From the NCBI GenBank assembly GCA_041649435.1, contig JBAZNB010000003.1, positions 29,041-93,040 on the forward strand: DNA of 64,000 nucleotides, written 5' to 3'. The DNA is from Minisyncoccota bacterium. Lineage in GTDB: Bacteria; Patescibacteriota; Minisyncoccia; Minisyncoccales; Minisyncoccaceae. The notes below the pieces were generated by a model that searched no databases, was not told the DNA's origin, and saw only the letters and a program-made list of their open reading frames with translations. Below are positions 49,101-58,214 of this stretch, piece after piece (position 1 is the first letter of the stretch; each line of letters starts with the position of its first letter). A program made the translations under genes and the position numbers.

Positions 49101-49718
49101 TTAAATTGTTCTTAGAAATTCGTGTTTATTGTATTGAAAAAGCTCTTTTATCCCGAGCCGGTCTTGGGCTTTTTTATTTATTTCGGTCATTGTGTCATAA
49201 ACCTTTTTCCACTCACCCTTTTGAGGTATCTGCTGTATCTCCTTGAGGCCTTGAGCTTCGCTGTAAATCAAATCCCAACTTACCCATTGGTCTGTTGGGA
49301 ATTCATACATTTTCTTACAGAAATAAAATTGGCCAGTGTCGCGCGGTATTTTTACTTCATTGAGTCCGAAGGTTATCTGGCTTTCTGTGGGGTCAAAAAT
49401 CGTGCTGTCTCCGGCTCCTCTTTTTATAAATTCTCTCATTTTAGGAACGTCCATTTCGCAATCAAATGCGAAGCCAGTCATTTGTGAGTTAATTGTATGT
49501 GCTTCTCCGTAGTGAACCTTGTCTATGATTCTCAGGCTTTCCAGTAAGTCCACAAATTCCTTTATTTCGTTTTCAAAAATCCCGAGTTCCTCTTTTATTG
49601 GATCAATAAAAAAAGTAGCTGAGTCTATTTTGGGGGCTATGTCTCCAAAAATTCCAGCTAAAGCAGTACCTTTTTCCAGCACAAATTGTGCAAGTTGTAA
49701 GTTGATCTTGCGTGTCAT
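49101..49718 (-). CDS. hypothetical protein
   Basis: 205 aa with no recognisable motif. Confidence 0.35.
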   Translation of the reverse strand: MTRKINLQLAQFVLEKGTALAGIFGDIAPKIDSATFFIDPIKEELGIFENEIKEFVDLLESLRIIDKVHYGEAHTINSQMTGFAFDCEMDVPKMREFIKRGAGDSTIFDPTESQITFGLNEVKIPRDTGQFYFCKKMYEFPTDQWVSWDLIYSEAQGLKEIQQIPQKGEWKKVYDTMTEINKKAQDRLGIKELFQYNKHEFLRTI

Positions 49719-49814
49719 TGTAATTGTAATTTTGTAATTAAATTATACCTCAAAAAACAAAAAACCGCTATTAAAATAACGGTTTTTCAGCGTTCGTATT
49801 TATGTTACTTTCTG

Positions 49815-50162
49815 TTACTTATTCTCCAAAATCCACACTTGGCTTTTGTTTGCCCAGTTAATCGGCATTTCTACTGAGGCAAGCTCCGCGCCGTGACCAA
49901 TAATTTTAAGGAGACCTTTTCCTAAACCTTTAGCGTCAACTGCTACAGTCTCAATATCCTTGATTGGTACCCGGAACGTTTGGCCGTAAGGATGGTTAAA
50001 ATTCAAAAAACCTGTTTCAATTTTTAGTTTACCGCCAACGCCCAGTGGCCCCAGCTTCAAAACTTTGTTATTCATATTTTTGCTTGATTGGACTTTGTTC
50101 GGCGGTGTCGACTTTCGCTTTTTTACACAAAAAGCCCACCACCGAGTAGTGGCTTGCGCCAC
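49815..50162 (-). CDS. hypothetical protein (possible PH-like fold; likely start at internal Met ~50075)
   Basis: Gly-rich beta-strand pattern LGPLGVGGKLKIETGFLNF...; no catalytic motif. Confidence 0.3.
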   Translation of the reverse strand: MAQATTRWWAFCVKKRKSTPPNKVQSSKNMNNKVLKLGPLGVGGKLKIETGFLNFNHPYGQTFRVPIKDIETVAVDAKGLGKGLLKIIGHGAELASVEMPINWANKSQVWILENK

Positions 50163-50312
50163 TCATACCTGTTTCCAGATATGGCCAATCAAGCGACCCC
50201 GATGATGGGTTGTTTATGCTCGATTGGACTTGCGGCCATACCGTCAGTTTCCCGACGGGTTAGGTCATTTTTATTCAGTTGTGATTCTATCTTATCAAAT
50301 TTTTCGGACTTA

Positions 50313-50774
50313 TTAAAGGGCCGTTTGATAATTATCCAGTAAATCCTCAAGCGTCTTTTCTCCACTGCCTTTCGCGGAGTAAAAATACACTTCTTTGTGT
50401 GTTTTATATGCTGGGTGTTTACGGCTTAAATAAAACCTCACTGATGGCCCATCTCCTTGTAGTATTTTCAACATTAAAATGTCCTCAACAAGATCGTTAA
50501 GGTGGTTTTGAATGTGATCAATTTTTTCTTTAAATTCTTTATCCTCTTTTAGCCAGCGATAGAAGGTGTCCCGGCTGATTCCTGTTTGTTGGGCTACGAG
50601 ACTAACGCTTGAACCGCCAACACTTTCAAATACCGCCACAAATCGTTCTTTAGCTTGCCGGGTGCTGTTACGCTCAACTTTCTGAACATAATCGCACACG
50701 GGGCCAACAGTGGCCCCACGGGTGGTTAACGCTGGTGAAAGGTGCTCAATTTTGTAGGATTTGTCAGATTTCAT
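50313..50774 (-). CDS. HTH protein resembling a phage terminase small subunit or regulator
   Basis: 153 aa; GISRDTFYRWLKEDKEF helix-turn-helix typical of TerS/HTH_23-type proteins. Confidence 0.35.
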   Translation of the reverse strand: MKSDKSYKIEHLSPALTTRGATVGPVCDYVQKVERNSTRQAKERFVAVFESVGGSSVSLVAQQTGISRDTFYRWLKEDKEFKEKIDHIQNHLNDLVEDILMLKILQGDGPSVRFYLSRKHPAYKTHKEVYFYSAKGSGEKTLEDLLDNYQTAL

Positions 50775-50808
50775 ATTGAGAATGGCTTAGATTGCCTTAA
50801 CTCTATTA

Positions 50809-50855
50809 TGTCAAAAACTGCCATTTTTGACAACGCAAACTGAAAAAGGTAAAAT
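50809..50855 (+). promoter_or_regulatory. sigma70-type promoter (TTGACA-17-TAAAAT) overlapped by a 9-bp perfect inverted-repeat operator
   Basis: tgtcaaaaa(50809-50817)-ctgcca-tttttgaca(50824-50832). The second arm is the -35 ttgaca (50827-50832), followed by a 17-nt spacer and taaaat (50850-50855). Lies upstream of the xis-like gene. Confidence 0.5.
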
Positions 50856-50887
50856 TAAAGCACAACAGCTAAAAGTTAAACATAGTT

Positions 50888-51079
50888 ATGAACACAAGTA
50901 TCGATAAACTTTTTACGATCGAGGAAGTGGCTAAAATTTTGAGAGTAAGTACGCGCTCTGTGACTCGCTATATTGAGACCGGAAAATTAAAGGCCTCAAA
51001 AATTGGATTGTGGAGAATTAAAGAAACAGATTTAAACGAGTTTTTGGAAAGAACGAGTAATACAAAATCAAAAAAATAA
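50888..51079 (+). CDS. excisionase/MerR-type HTH_17 DNA-binding protein
   Basis: 63 aa; LFTIEEVAKILRVSTRSVTRYIETGKLKASKIG..WRI is the Xis/HTH_17 signature. Confidence 0.6.
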   Translation: MNTSIDKLFTIEEVAKILRVSTRSVTRYIETGKLKASKIGLWRIKETDLNEFLERTSNTKSKK

Positions 51080-51082
51080 TTT

Positions 51083-51913
51083 ATGGAATTTAATAACAAA
51101 GTTTTTTTTAAAGACGCACGAACGATGAAGGAGTTACCTGATAATTCCGTGCAGTTGATTGTAACAAGTCCGCCTTATTTTAATATAAAAGACTATTCAC
51201 TTGATGGTCGCCAAGAGAAAAAGCAAACAGCTAAGGCAAAGGGTCAAATCGGAGATATCTCTGACTATTCAAAATACATAAAGGAGATGCTGGCTGTATG
51301 GAAAGAATGCGAAAGAGTTTTAAAGCCTAACGGAAAACTGATTGTAAACACTCCATTAATGCCGATGCTAAAAAAGAATTTAATTACGCACTACAACCGG
51401 CACATTTTTGATATTAATAGCGACATTGAACATTCCATTTTAAATGGAACAGGTCTATTTTTAATGGACGTGTACATTTGGAATAGAACAAATCCGTCAA
51501 AGAAGTTAATGTTCGGAAGCTATCCATATCCTCGTAATTTTTACGCACAAAATACAATTGAATTTATAACAGTTTTTGTAAAAGACGGGCAACCGGAAAA
51601 TAACTTGCCAAAAGAAATAAAAGAAAAAAGTAAACTAACGCAGAAGGAGTGGGTGGAGCTGACCAAGCAGATATGGAACATACCAATTCCCGGCAGAGGA
51701 GATATCGCCTTCGGTGAACACTCTGCAATTATGCCAGAGGAAATTGTTAGGAGATGTGTAAAATTATTTACTTTTGTAGGCGAAACGGTATTAGACCCTT
51801 TTGCTGGTTCCGGCACCACTCTTAAGGTTGCCAAAGAATTAGGCAGAAAATACGTAGGCTATGAAATTTCAAAAAGCTATGAGAGAGTTATTAAGCTAAA
51901 GTTAAAAGACTAA
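51083..51913 (+). CDS. DNA methyltransferase (beta-class N4-C/N6-A, SPPY motif)
   Basis: Motif IV VTSPPYFN precedes motif I LDPFAGSGTT (beta-class order). Confidence 0.85.
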   Translation: MEFNNKVFFKDARTMKELPDNSVQLIVTSPPYFNIKDYSLDGRQEKKQTAKAKGQIGDISDYSKYIKEMLAVWKECERVLKPNGKLIVNTPLMPMLKKNLITHYNRHIFDINSDIEHSILNGTGLFLMDVYIWNRTNPSKKLMFGSYPYPRNFYAQNTIEFITVFVKDGQPENNLPKEIKEKSKLTQKEWVELTKQIWNIPIPGRGDIAFGEHSAIMPEEIVRRCVKLFTFVGETVLDPFAGSGTTLKVAKELGRKYVGYEISKSYERVIKLKLKD

Positions 51914-51915
51914 CT

Positions 51916-52698
51916 ATGCTTGAAATTAATAAAATTTATAACTTAGACTGCTTTGACTTCTTAAAAAAAGTTGATAATAACTCCATTGATCTTGCTGTAA
52001 TTGATCCGCCCTATAATATGCATAAAGCGGACTGGGATACGTTTAGGTCGCAAAAGGAGTTTTTGGATTTTACCCATAAATGGCTTGATCTTGTTATTGA
52101 TAAGCTAAAAGAAAATGGCAGTCTTTATGTGTTTAATACGCCATATAATTCCGCTTTTATTTTGCAGTACCTTGTTTCAAAAAAAATGGTGTTCCAAAAT
52201 TGGATTACTTGGGATAAACGGGATGGTATGGGTGCTTCAAAAAAGAAATACAGCAACGGACAGGAAACGATATTGTTTTTTACAAAGTCAAACAAACACA
52301 CTTTTAATTATAATGATATTCGCCTCCCTTATGAGTCTACCGAAAGAATTCAACACGCGGCCGAAAAAGGTATATTGAAAAATGGTAAGAGGTGGTTCCC
52401 AAACCCTAAGGGTAGATTTTGTGGCGAGGTTTGGCATATAACAAGCGAAAGACACAAAAGAAAAGTAAACGGAAAGACACAAAAAATGGGTCACCTAACC
52501 CCAAAACCACTTGATCTTGTTGAGAGAATTATCAAAGCAAGCTCAAAAAAAGGTGATCTTGTGTTGGATTGTTTTGTCGGTAGTGGGACAACTGCTGTTG
52601 CCGCAAACCGATTGCATAGAAATTATTTGTGTGCTGATTCGGACAAAAATTATGTAGAATTATCAAAAAAAAATCTCAAAGAATATGGCATTAATTGA
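51916..52698 (+). CDS. DNA methyltransferase (beta-class N6-A/N4-C, DPPY motif)
   Basis: Motif IV VIDPPYNM precedes motif I LDCFVGSGTT. Confidence 0.85.
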   Translation: MLEINKIYNLDCFDFLKKVDNNSIDLAVIDPPYNMHKADWDTFRSQKEFLDFTHKWLDLVIDKLKENGSLYVFNTPYNSAFILQYLVSKKMVFQNWITWDKRDGMGASKKKYSNGQETILFFTKSNKHTFNYNDIRLPYESTERIQHAAEKGILKNGKRWFPNPKGRFCGEVWHITSERHKRKVNGKTQKMGHLTPKPLDLVERIIKASSKKGDLVLDCFVGSGTTAVAANRLHRNYLCADSDKNYVELSKKNLKEYGIN

Positions 52699-53944
52699 TA
52701 TTAATCAAGGGAATAAAGCGCTGGAGTTTATAACGAAAAGGATCGCCGATGATAAATATCGGGGACTTCATTTCTCACAGCATAATAGATATGATTCAAA
52801 ACGAATTGTAGAAATTTTGAAATTGTTAGACCAGTATGCTCCTAACAAAACATTGATGGCCATTAGGACGACTGATTTATCAAAGAGGCCAACTAATACT
52901 TCAGAGGAAGCTGAATATGCGCGTTTTTGTGATGCGGCAAAAGACATCTCTGGGATCGGAACTCAAGACGCGATGCGAAAAAATTTGTTTGTTGATTTGC
53001 ATAGGATGGGTCTAATTAATCGATATAATAAAAAGGAAGAAACACTTGACCCGTTTGCTCGTTCTGGTGTTAAGTACGTTTCAATATCCGACCTTGGCCA
53101 CAAGCTAATTAAAGCACCCACGATATTAGACCAAGACTTTATTTTTTCAAAAGCAATCGATACGCTTCTCGGCGGTTCCATCGATATGATTCTTGATATT
53201 CTTAGAGATACAGACTACCAATTAGACCATATCTCGATTTCCGAATATATGTTTTTTGTTTCTGCCATAGGTATGGATGCTTCATTTAAAGTAAATACCG
53301 ATGAAGCAGTTGATTTAATCAAATCATATAGAACGCTTGCTAAAACACAAAGACAAGCGGTATTGGAAACGTTAAAAAATGATTTAGTCCCTAAAAAATT
53401 TACCGGATCAAAAATTAAAAAAAGAGATTTTCATAATTGGAGAAACGAAGCCCAACAAGTTTTTGTTTTATTAAATCAAACTGTGTATTTTGAACAGCGT
53501 GGCGAACAACTTGTATTAAGGACCGGCAAGGACAGCTTTGAGGGTATTCAGACACAAAAAAGACTCGATAGGTCTCTTAATGAAAAATACCAATACTTTG
53601 TTAATCATAAAATCAAAACAAAAATTAGTGGCTTTGAATTGCATCACGTCGTGCCGTTAGCGTGGTCAGAAAGTCAAAATCACTTCAAGCTATTAGATAA
53701 ATGGCAGAATATGGTTTATATTGACGCCTTTAGTCACGCTAAAATAACTCAGAATAAAAATAGAAACGTGGTTATGGACTTCGATAATGATAATATGACC
53801 CTATCTGATTATTCAAAAAATTGTGTTTATTTGAAAAAAGATGAAAACCTTGCTTATGACTCCTCAAAGAGCACAAAACTAAAAGACTATAATTTAGATT
53901 TACTTAAAACTGTTCCTAACGATGTCGGCGTGACTGTGCAATAA
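52685..53944 (+). CDS. putative restriction endonuclease with C-terminal HNH nuclease motif
   Basis: 419 aa; overlaps the end of MTase 2; ELHHVVPLAWSESQNH...H is HNH-like. The assignment as the R-M nuclease partner is an inference. Confidence 0.5.
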   Translation: MALIDINQGNKALEFITKRIADDKYRGLHFSQHNRYDSKRIVEILKLLDQYAPNKTLMAIRTTDLSKRPTNTSEEAEYARFCDAAKDISGIGTQDAMRKNLFVDLHRMGLINRYNKKEETLDPFARSGVKYVSISDLGHKLIKAPTILDQDFIFSKAIDTLLGGSIDMILDILRDTDYQLDHISISEYMFFVSAIGMDASFKVNTDEAVDLIKSYRTLAKTQRQAVLETLKNDLVPKKFTGSKIKKRDFHNWRNEAQQVFVLLNQTVYFEQRGEQLVLRTGKDSFEGIQTQKRLDRSLNEKYQYFVNHKIKTKISGFELHHVVPLAWSESQNHFKLLDKWQNMVYIDAFSHAKITQNKNRNVVMDFDNDNMTLSDYSKNCVYLKKDENLAYDSSKSTKLKDYNLDLLKTVPNDVGVTVQ

Positions 53945-54110
53945 GTCTTAAATTAAAAAGGTAAAAAATAAAACAGGGCTTAAGCTCTGTTTTATTTTAA
54001 TTGTCGATGCATTCCCGGGTTTGTTGCTATAACCTCTCGGCGCCTATCTAACTCTGAAAGGATTGGGATTTTTATAAACAAACTTCGGTATATTGTGGGA
54101 CATTTATCAA

Positions 54111-55031
54111 AAATAAAACACCTTTATGGGCCAAAGTTATTTCGCCAGGACAAGGCGGATTTCCGCCTCCCAAAAGAGCAGCTTCAGATGAAGTATGATG
54201 GGGAGATCGAAAGGGAGCGGAAACAATCAAAGGATAATCTGCAGATAAGTTTCCAATCAAGCTGTGTATTTTTGTCACTTCTAAAGATTCTGCCTGATTT
54301 AAAAAAGGGAGAAGTCGGGCAAAAGATTTAGCGAGTAATGTTTTTCCTGTGCCTGGAGGCCCTTCCATTAATAAATTGTGGCCTCCAGCAGCTGCTATCT
54401 CTAAAGCACGTTTTGCATATTCTTGGCCTTGAACCCAGCCAATATTTGCTCTTTTCCCTATTGTCTCAGAAAATTGCAAATAGGAATCATTAATTATGGT
54501 TTCAGGAATATTTTTTATTTTTTCCAAATGGCAAATAACTTGTTTTAAATTTTCAAATCCGAAAACCTTTATCCCCTTAACCAGAGCTGCTTCTTGGCTG
54601 TTTTCTTTTGGAAGAATTATTTCTTCAAAACCTTGCCTTTTTGCTTCGCTGGCAATAATTAGAGCCCCTTTGATTGGTTTTAGTCGTCCGTCTAAAGAAA
54701 GCTCTCCAACAATCATTTTTTTATCAGCATTAAAAAAAGCTTGTTTTGAAGCTAAAAGATAGCACAAGGCAATAGGCAAATCAAAAAGCGCCCCTTCTTT
54801 TTTTATTTCTGCGGGCGCTAAATTAACAATTATTTTTTGAGTCTGTTCGGTCGGGCTTTTAATCTTGGTATTTTTAATGGCCAAATCTACTCTTTCTTTT
54901 GATTCATCTACTGATTTGGCGGCCATACCAACAACACTAAACGATCTTAATCCATTAGTGCATTCTACTTCTACTTCAATTATTTGGGCATTTATTCCCA
55001 AAATAGTTGAAGAGAAGACTTTAGCACACAT
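54111..55031 (-). pseudogene. comM: comM/yifB 5' fragment (N-terminal half), severed by element insertion
   Basis: ComM N-domain plus AAA+ core (EGPPGTGKTLLAK) ending ...AHKGVLFL. The ORF then continues 11 codons (INVPQYTEVCL) into element DNA to a stop at 54072. Confidence 0.8.
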
Positions 55032-55034
55032 ATT

Positions 55035-55400
55035 TTATTTATTAGTACTACATTCATTACAAAACCTGGCTTCAGGAAAGGCTTTTAATCTTTCTTCTGA
55101 AATTTCTTTTTGGCAATTTTCACATCGTCCATAAGTATTTTCAGCTATTTTTTTTAAAGCCAAGTTTATATTTTTTAAATCTTCTTCTAAAACATATTCA
55201 ACCGGCAAAATATTTTCAAAGTCTTCCACTTCCGATGTCTCGTCATCAATATCAGTATTTGTTTCGTCATTAGGAAATTTTGGTTCCCAGTGCTCGCTTC
55301 CCTCTTGGGCTTTTTGAGCGATTGATTCCATTTCTTTTTCCAGTTCCAATTTTTTTATTTCCAGTTGATTTTTTAGTTCTTGTATTAAAGATTGATCCAT
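55035..55400 (-). CDS. DksA/TraR-family C4 zinc-finger protein
   Basis: 121 aa; acidic coiled-coil, then CENCQKEISEERLKAFPEARFCNEC. Confidence 0.65.
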   Translation of the reverse strand: MDQSLIQELKNQLEIKKLELEKEMESIAQKAQEGSEHWEPKFPNDETNTDIDDETSEVEDFENILPVEYVLEEDLKNINLALKKIAENTYGRCENCQKEISEERLKAFPEARFCNECSTNK

Positions 55401-55484
55401 TTTATTTTATAATTAAAAAAATAATTATTATAATTACTAAAAGATAAACAGCCCGGATTAGTATTTTTTTAAAAAGGCCCATTT

Positions 55485-56372
55485 TTAAATTTGTTCATCC
55501 ATTTTTTTATTTATTAAGGCTAGTTTTTCTTTAATATTGTTGATATCCAAGGGCATAATCTGGTATTCTGCTTTTAATCGGGTGTATACGTCTTCCAGCT
55601 TGCTTAATTCGTCTTCAGCCTCCCATCTAGCTTGTTCAAGTTCTCTTCTTCTTTCTTCGGCTGCTCTTCTTTGATCTTCTAAAGTTCGAACATCTTCAGA
55701 AGAAGTAGAATTTATTTTTTCTTCCAAAGATTTAATTTCTTTTTCAGCTGAATCCTCGGCTTTATTTATTTCTGATAATTTTTTATTTAGAACTTCTCTC
55801 TGGGCCGCAGTGTCATGTAAAAGATTTTTTAAACCAGTAGTTCGAGTTTGAATTTTTTCCAAGTCGATCATTAAATTTTGTTTTTCTTCTTCCAAAATCA
55901 GAGAATCGAGGCTTTTTTCAAAATCAGGATTCCATTCAGTTTTTTCATAATAAAATTTATCCCAGTCTTTTAGCTGAAGCTTCATTAGCTTCACTTCTTC
56001 TTGTTTTTTTGCTAAATTTTCTTCTACTAAATTTCTTTCATCTTCAACAATTCTTCTTTGTTGCTCTGCGTCTTTTCTTTCTTCTGGAGTTTTTGCTCCC
56101 GCTTCCCTATCTTCAATCTCTTTTTTTAATTGTTCGATTCTTTTTTTTCTCTCAAAAAGTAATTCTAATCTTTTTTCTGCTTTTTCTATTTCGTTTTCAA
56201 TTTCTTTTCGTTTGTCTTCAAAAGATACTCCCTGAGGAAGATTATGTTTTGGAGTGTCTGAAATTTCTTTGGTTGACAAGCCAAAAGAATCAAGTCCTTT
56301 TTCTAAGGTTTCTATTTTTAATTTTATGCTTTTTAAATCTTTTTTTATATTATCAATTTTTTCTTTGTCCAT
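55485..56372 (-). CDS. K/E-rich coiled-coil protein (paralog of 56384-58189)
   Basis: 295 aa; ...ERKKRIEQLKKEIEDRE...ERNLVEE... aligns with the C-terminal half of the next ORF. Confidence 0.4.
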   Translation of the reverse strand: MDKEKIDNIKKDLKSIKLKIETLEKGLDSFGLSTKEISDTPKHNLPQGVSFEDKRKEIENEIEKAEKRLELLFERKKRIEQLKKEIEDREAGAKTPEERKDAEQQRRIVEDERNLVEENLAKKQEEVKLMKLQLKDWDKFYYEKTEWNPDFEKSLDSLILEEEKQNLMIDLEKIQTRTTGLKNLLHDTAAQREVLNKKLSEINKAEDSAEKEIKSLEEKINSTSSEDVRTLEDQRRAAEERRRELEQARWEAEDELSKLEDVYTRLKAEYQIMPLDINNIKEKLALINKKMDEQI

Positions 56373-56383
56373 TTTTAAAAGAA

Positions 56384-58189
56384 TTAATCGTTTTTATTCA
56401 TTTTCTTATTTATTTCGGAAATTTTTTCTTTTAATTCATTGGCCTCTGAGGCAAAAGATTGGTATTTTTCTCTTAATTCCAAGCGCAAAGATTCGGCCTT
56501 GCTTAAGTCGTCTTCTGTTTGCCATCTTTCTTCTTCTGTTTTTCTTCTCTTTTCTTCCGCTGACTTTCTTTGAGCTTCTAGTTTTCGCAATTCTATTTCT
56601 GGAATCGTTAGGTCTGTTCTTTTTTCCAAAACTTTTATCTCTTCTTCAATTCCCTGCTCTTCTTCTTTTATTTTATTTATTTTTTTATCAATCAATTCTT
56701 TTTGAGAAGTGTTTTCATTCATTAAATCTTTGATACTGTTTGCTTCGTTTTGGACTTTTTCTAATTTTTCTAATAATTTTTCTTTTTCTTCATTTAAAAT
56801 TAAATAATTTTTATCTCTTTTTAAAAGGTCAAGCTCCATATTGAGTTCTTTTTCTCGAGAAAGAATTTTTTCAAAATTAAGATTAAATTCATTTAATTGA
56901 AGACGTAATGATTTTATTTCATCTTCTTTTTTGTTTTTTTCTTGCTCTACAGTGTTTCTTTCATCTTCTATCTTCCAGCGTTCTTTTTCCATATTTCTTT
57001 TTTCTTCAGCTGTTTCCGCGCCTTCTTCTTTGGTTTCAGTGGTTTTTTTTAATTCTTCGATTCTTTTTTTCCTTTCTAAAATTAGGTCTAGGCGTTGTCT
57101 GGCTTTATCTATTTCCCTTTCAATATCTTTTCTTTTTTCTTCAAACGGAATTTTTTCATCATTAATTTGAATAATGTTTTGTTCTATTTCAAAAATAAGG
57201 TCGGTTAATTTTCTTAGCTTTTCTTCATTTGTTTCTTCTTTTTTCAAAGAAAAAAATTCATCACTTAAGAAAGATTCTTCTTTGGCAGTTTCTTCTTTTT
57301 CTAAAACATCTTCTTTCTTTTTCTCTGGCTTTAATTCCTCTAAAGAAATTATTGTTTCTTCTTTTTCATCTTTTTTTTCTAAAGAATCTTTGAATGGAAA
57401 ATCAACACTGCGCAAACCTTGCTCTTCTTTTAAATTATCGTCTAGCTCTAGACCTGGAATCTCCCCGATATCTATTTGTTCGTGGTCGCTTTCTGGCAAT
57501 TCTAAATTTTCTAAATCATCAATAGCTAACCCAGCGCCAGAATCTTCTTTTGAAAAATCAGGCGATTCTTGTTCAAAATCAGTTAAATTTTCAGCCAAGC
57601 TCAAACCTTCTTCGGCTAAATCGGAGATGTTTTCTTCTTGAGCAACTTCTTCAGTTAATTCTGGTTCTTTGATTTGTTTTGGAGCAACTTCTTCAGTTAA
57701 TTCTGGCTCTTTGATAGTTTTTTTAATTTCTTGTTCAGATGAGTCTTTTTTGGGTGCGATAAAAGCTGGAATTGGCAATTCTGGTTCGGGTTCATTTTTT
57801 TCAAAAACAGATTCTATGTTGGTCGGAGCCTCTTCAATATGAGGCATAAGTTCTTTTTCTTCTTCGCTATCCCCTTCGGCAACATTTATTTTTATTTGAT
57901 TTCTTTTTTCCATTGGTACAATAATTGCATTGCCTTCGATAATGGGTATATTTTTTTCTGTCGAGTTAAGAGGTTTTTCTTCTAGAGCTTGTTTTTGTTC
58001 AAGCTCTTTTTCTTTTTGCGCCAAAGCGGCAATAACTGCTTTTTCTTTTTCTAATTGATTTTTAACGTTTTCTATTTTTGTATCTAAAAAAACACCCTGC
58101 GCATTAGCTTGTTCCCTCTGCGCGGCATTAATATCTTTTTTCATTGTCCTTATTTTGGTGGTTTCTATTGTGAAAATATTTTCCTCCAT
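56384..58189 (-). CDS. large acidic coiled-coil protein with internal tandem repeat
   Basis: 601 aa; repeats IKEPELTEEVA x2 (42-nt DNA period at ~57641-57715); C-terminal half paralogous to 55485-56372. Confidence 0.4.
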   Translation of the reverse strand: MEENIFTIETTKIRTMKKDINAAQREQANAQGVFLDTKIENVKNQLEKEKAVIAALAQKEKELEQKQALEEKPLNSTEKNIPIIEGNAIIVPMEKRNQIKINVAEGDSEEEKELMPHIEEAPTNIESVFEKNEPEPELPIPAFIAPKKDSSEQEIKKTIKEPELTEEVAPKQIKEPELTEEVAQEENISDLAEEGLSLAENLTDFEQESPDFSKEDSGAGLAIDDLENLELPESDHEQIDIGEIPGLELDDNLKEEQGLRSVDFPFKDSLEKKDEKEETIISLEELKPEKKKEDVLEKEETAKEESFLSDEFFSLKKEETNEEKLRKLTDLIFEIEQNIIQINDEKIPFEEKRKDIEREIDKARQRLDLILERKKRIEELKKTTETKEEGAETAEEKRNMEKERWKIEDERNTVEQEKNKKEDEIKSLRLQLNEFNLNFEKILSREKELNMELDLLKRDKNYLILNEEKEKLLEKLEKVQNEANSIKDLMNENTSQKELIDKKINKIKEEEQGIEEEIKVLEKRTDLTIPEIELRKLEAQRKSAEEKRRKTEEERWQTEDDLSKAESLRLELREKYQSFASEANELKEKISEINKKMNKND

Positions 58190-58214
58190 GGAAAAAATAA
58201 GCGGGATTTTTAAA

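Larger units (their letters stand above)
46006..54110. mobile_element. ~8.1 kb integrated element in comM (serine-integrase island with R-M module; possibly phage-satellite-like)
   Basis: Splits comM. Junctions: 45991-46020 ccggcaattcatctaaa|gttattgtccctc and 54091-54120 tattgtgggacatttatcaa|aaataaaaca. Host halves rejoin to encode GVLFLDELPEF. The integrase gene abuts the left end, and GC is visibly higher than in flanking host DNA. Confidence 0.8.
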
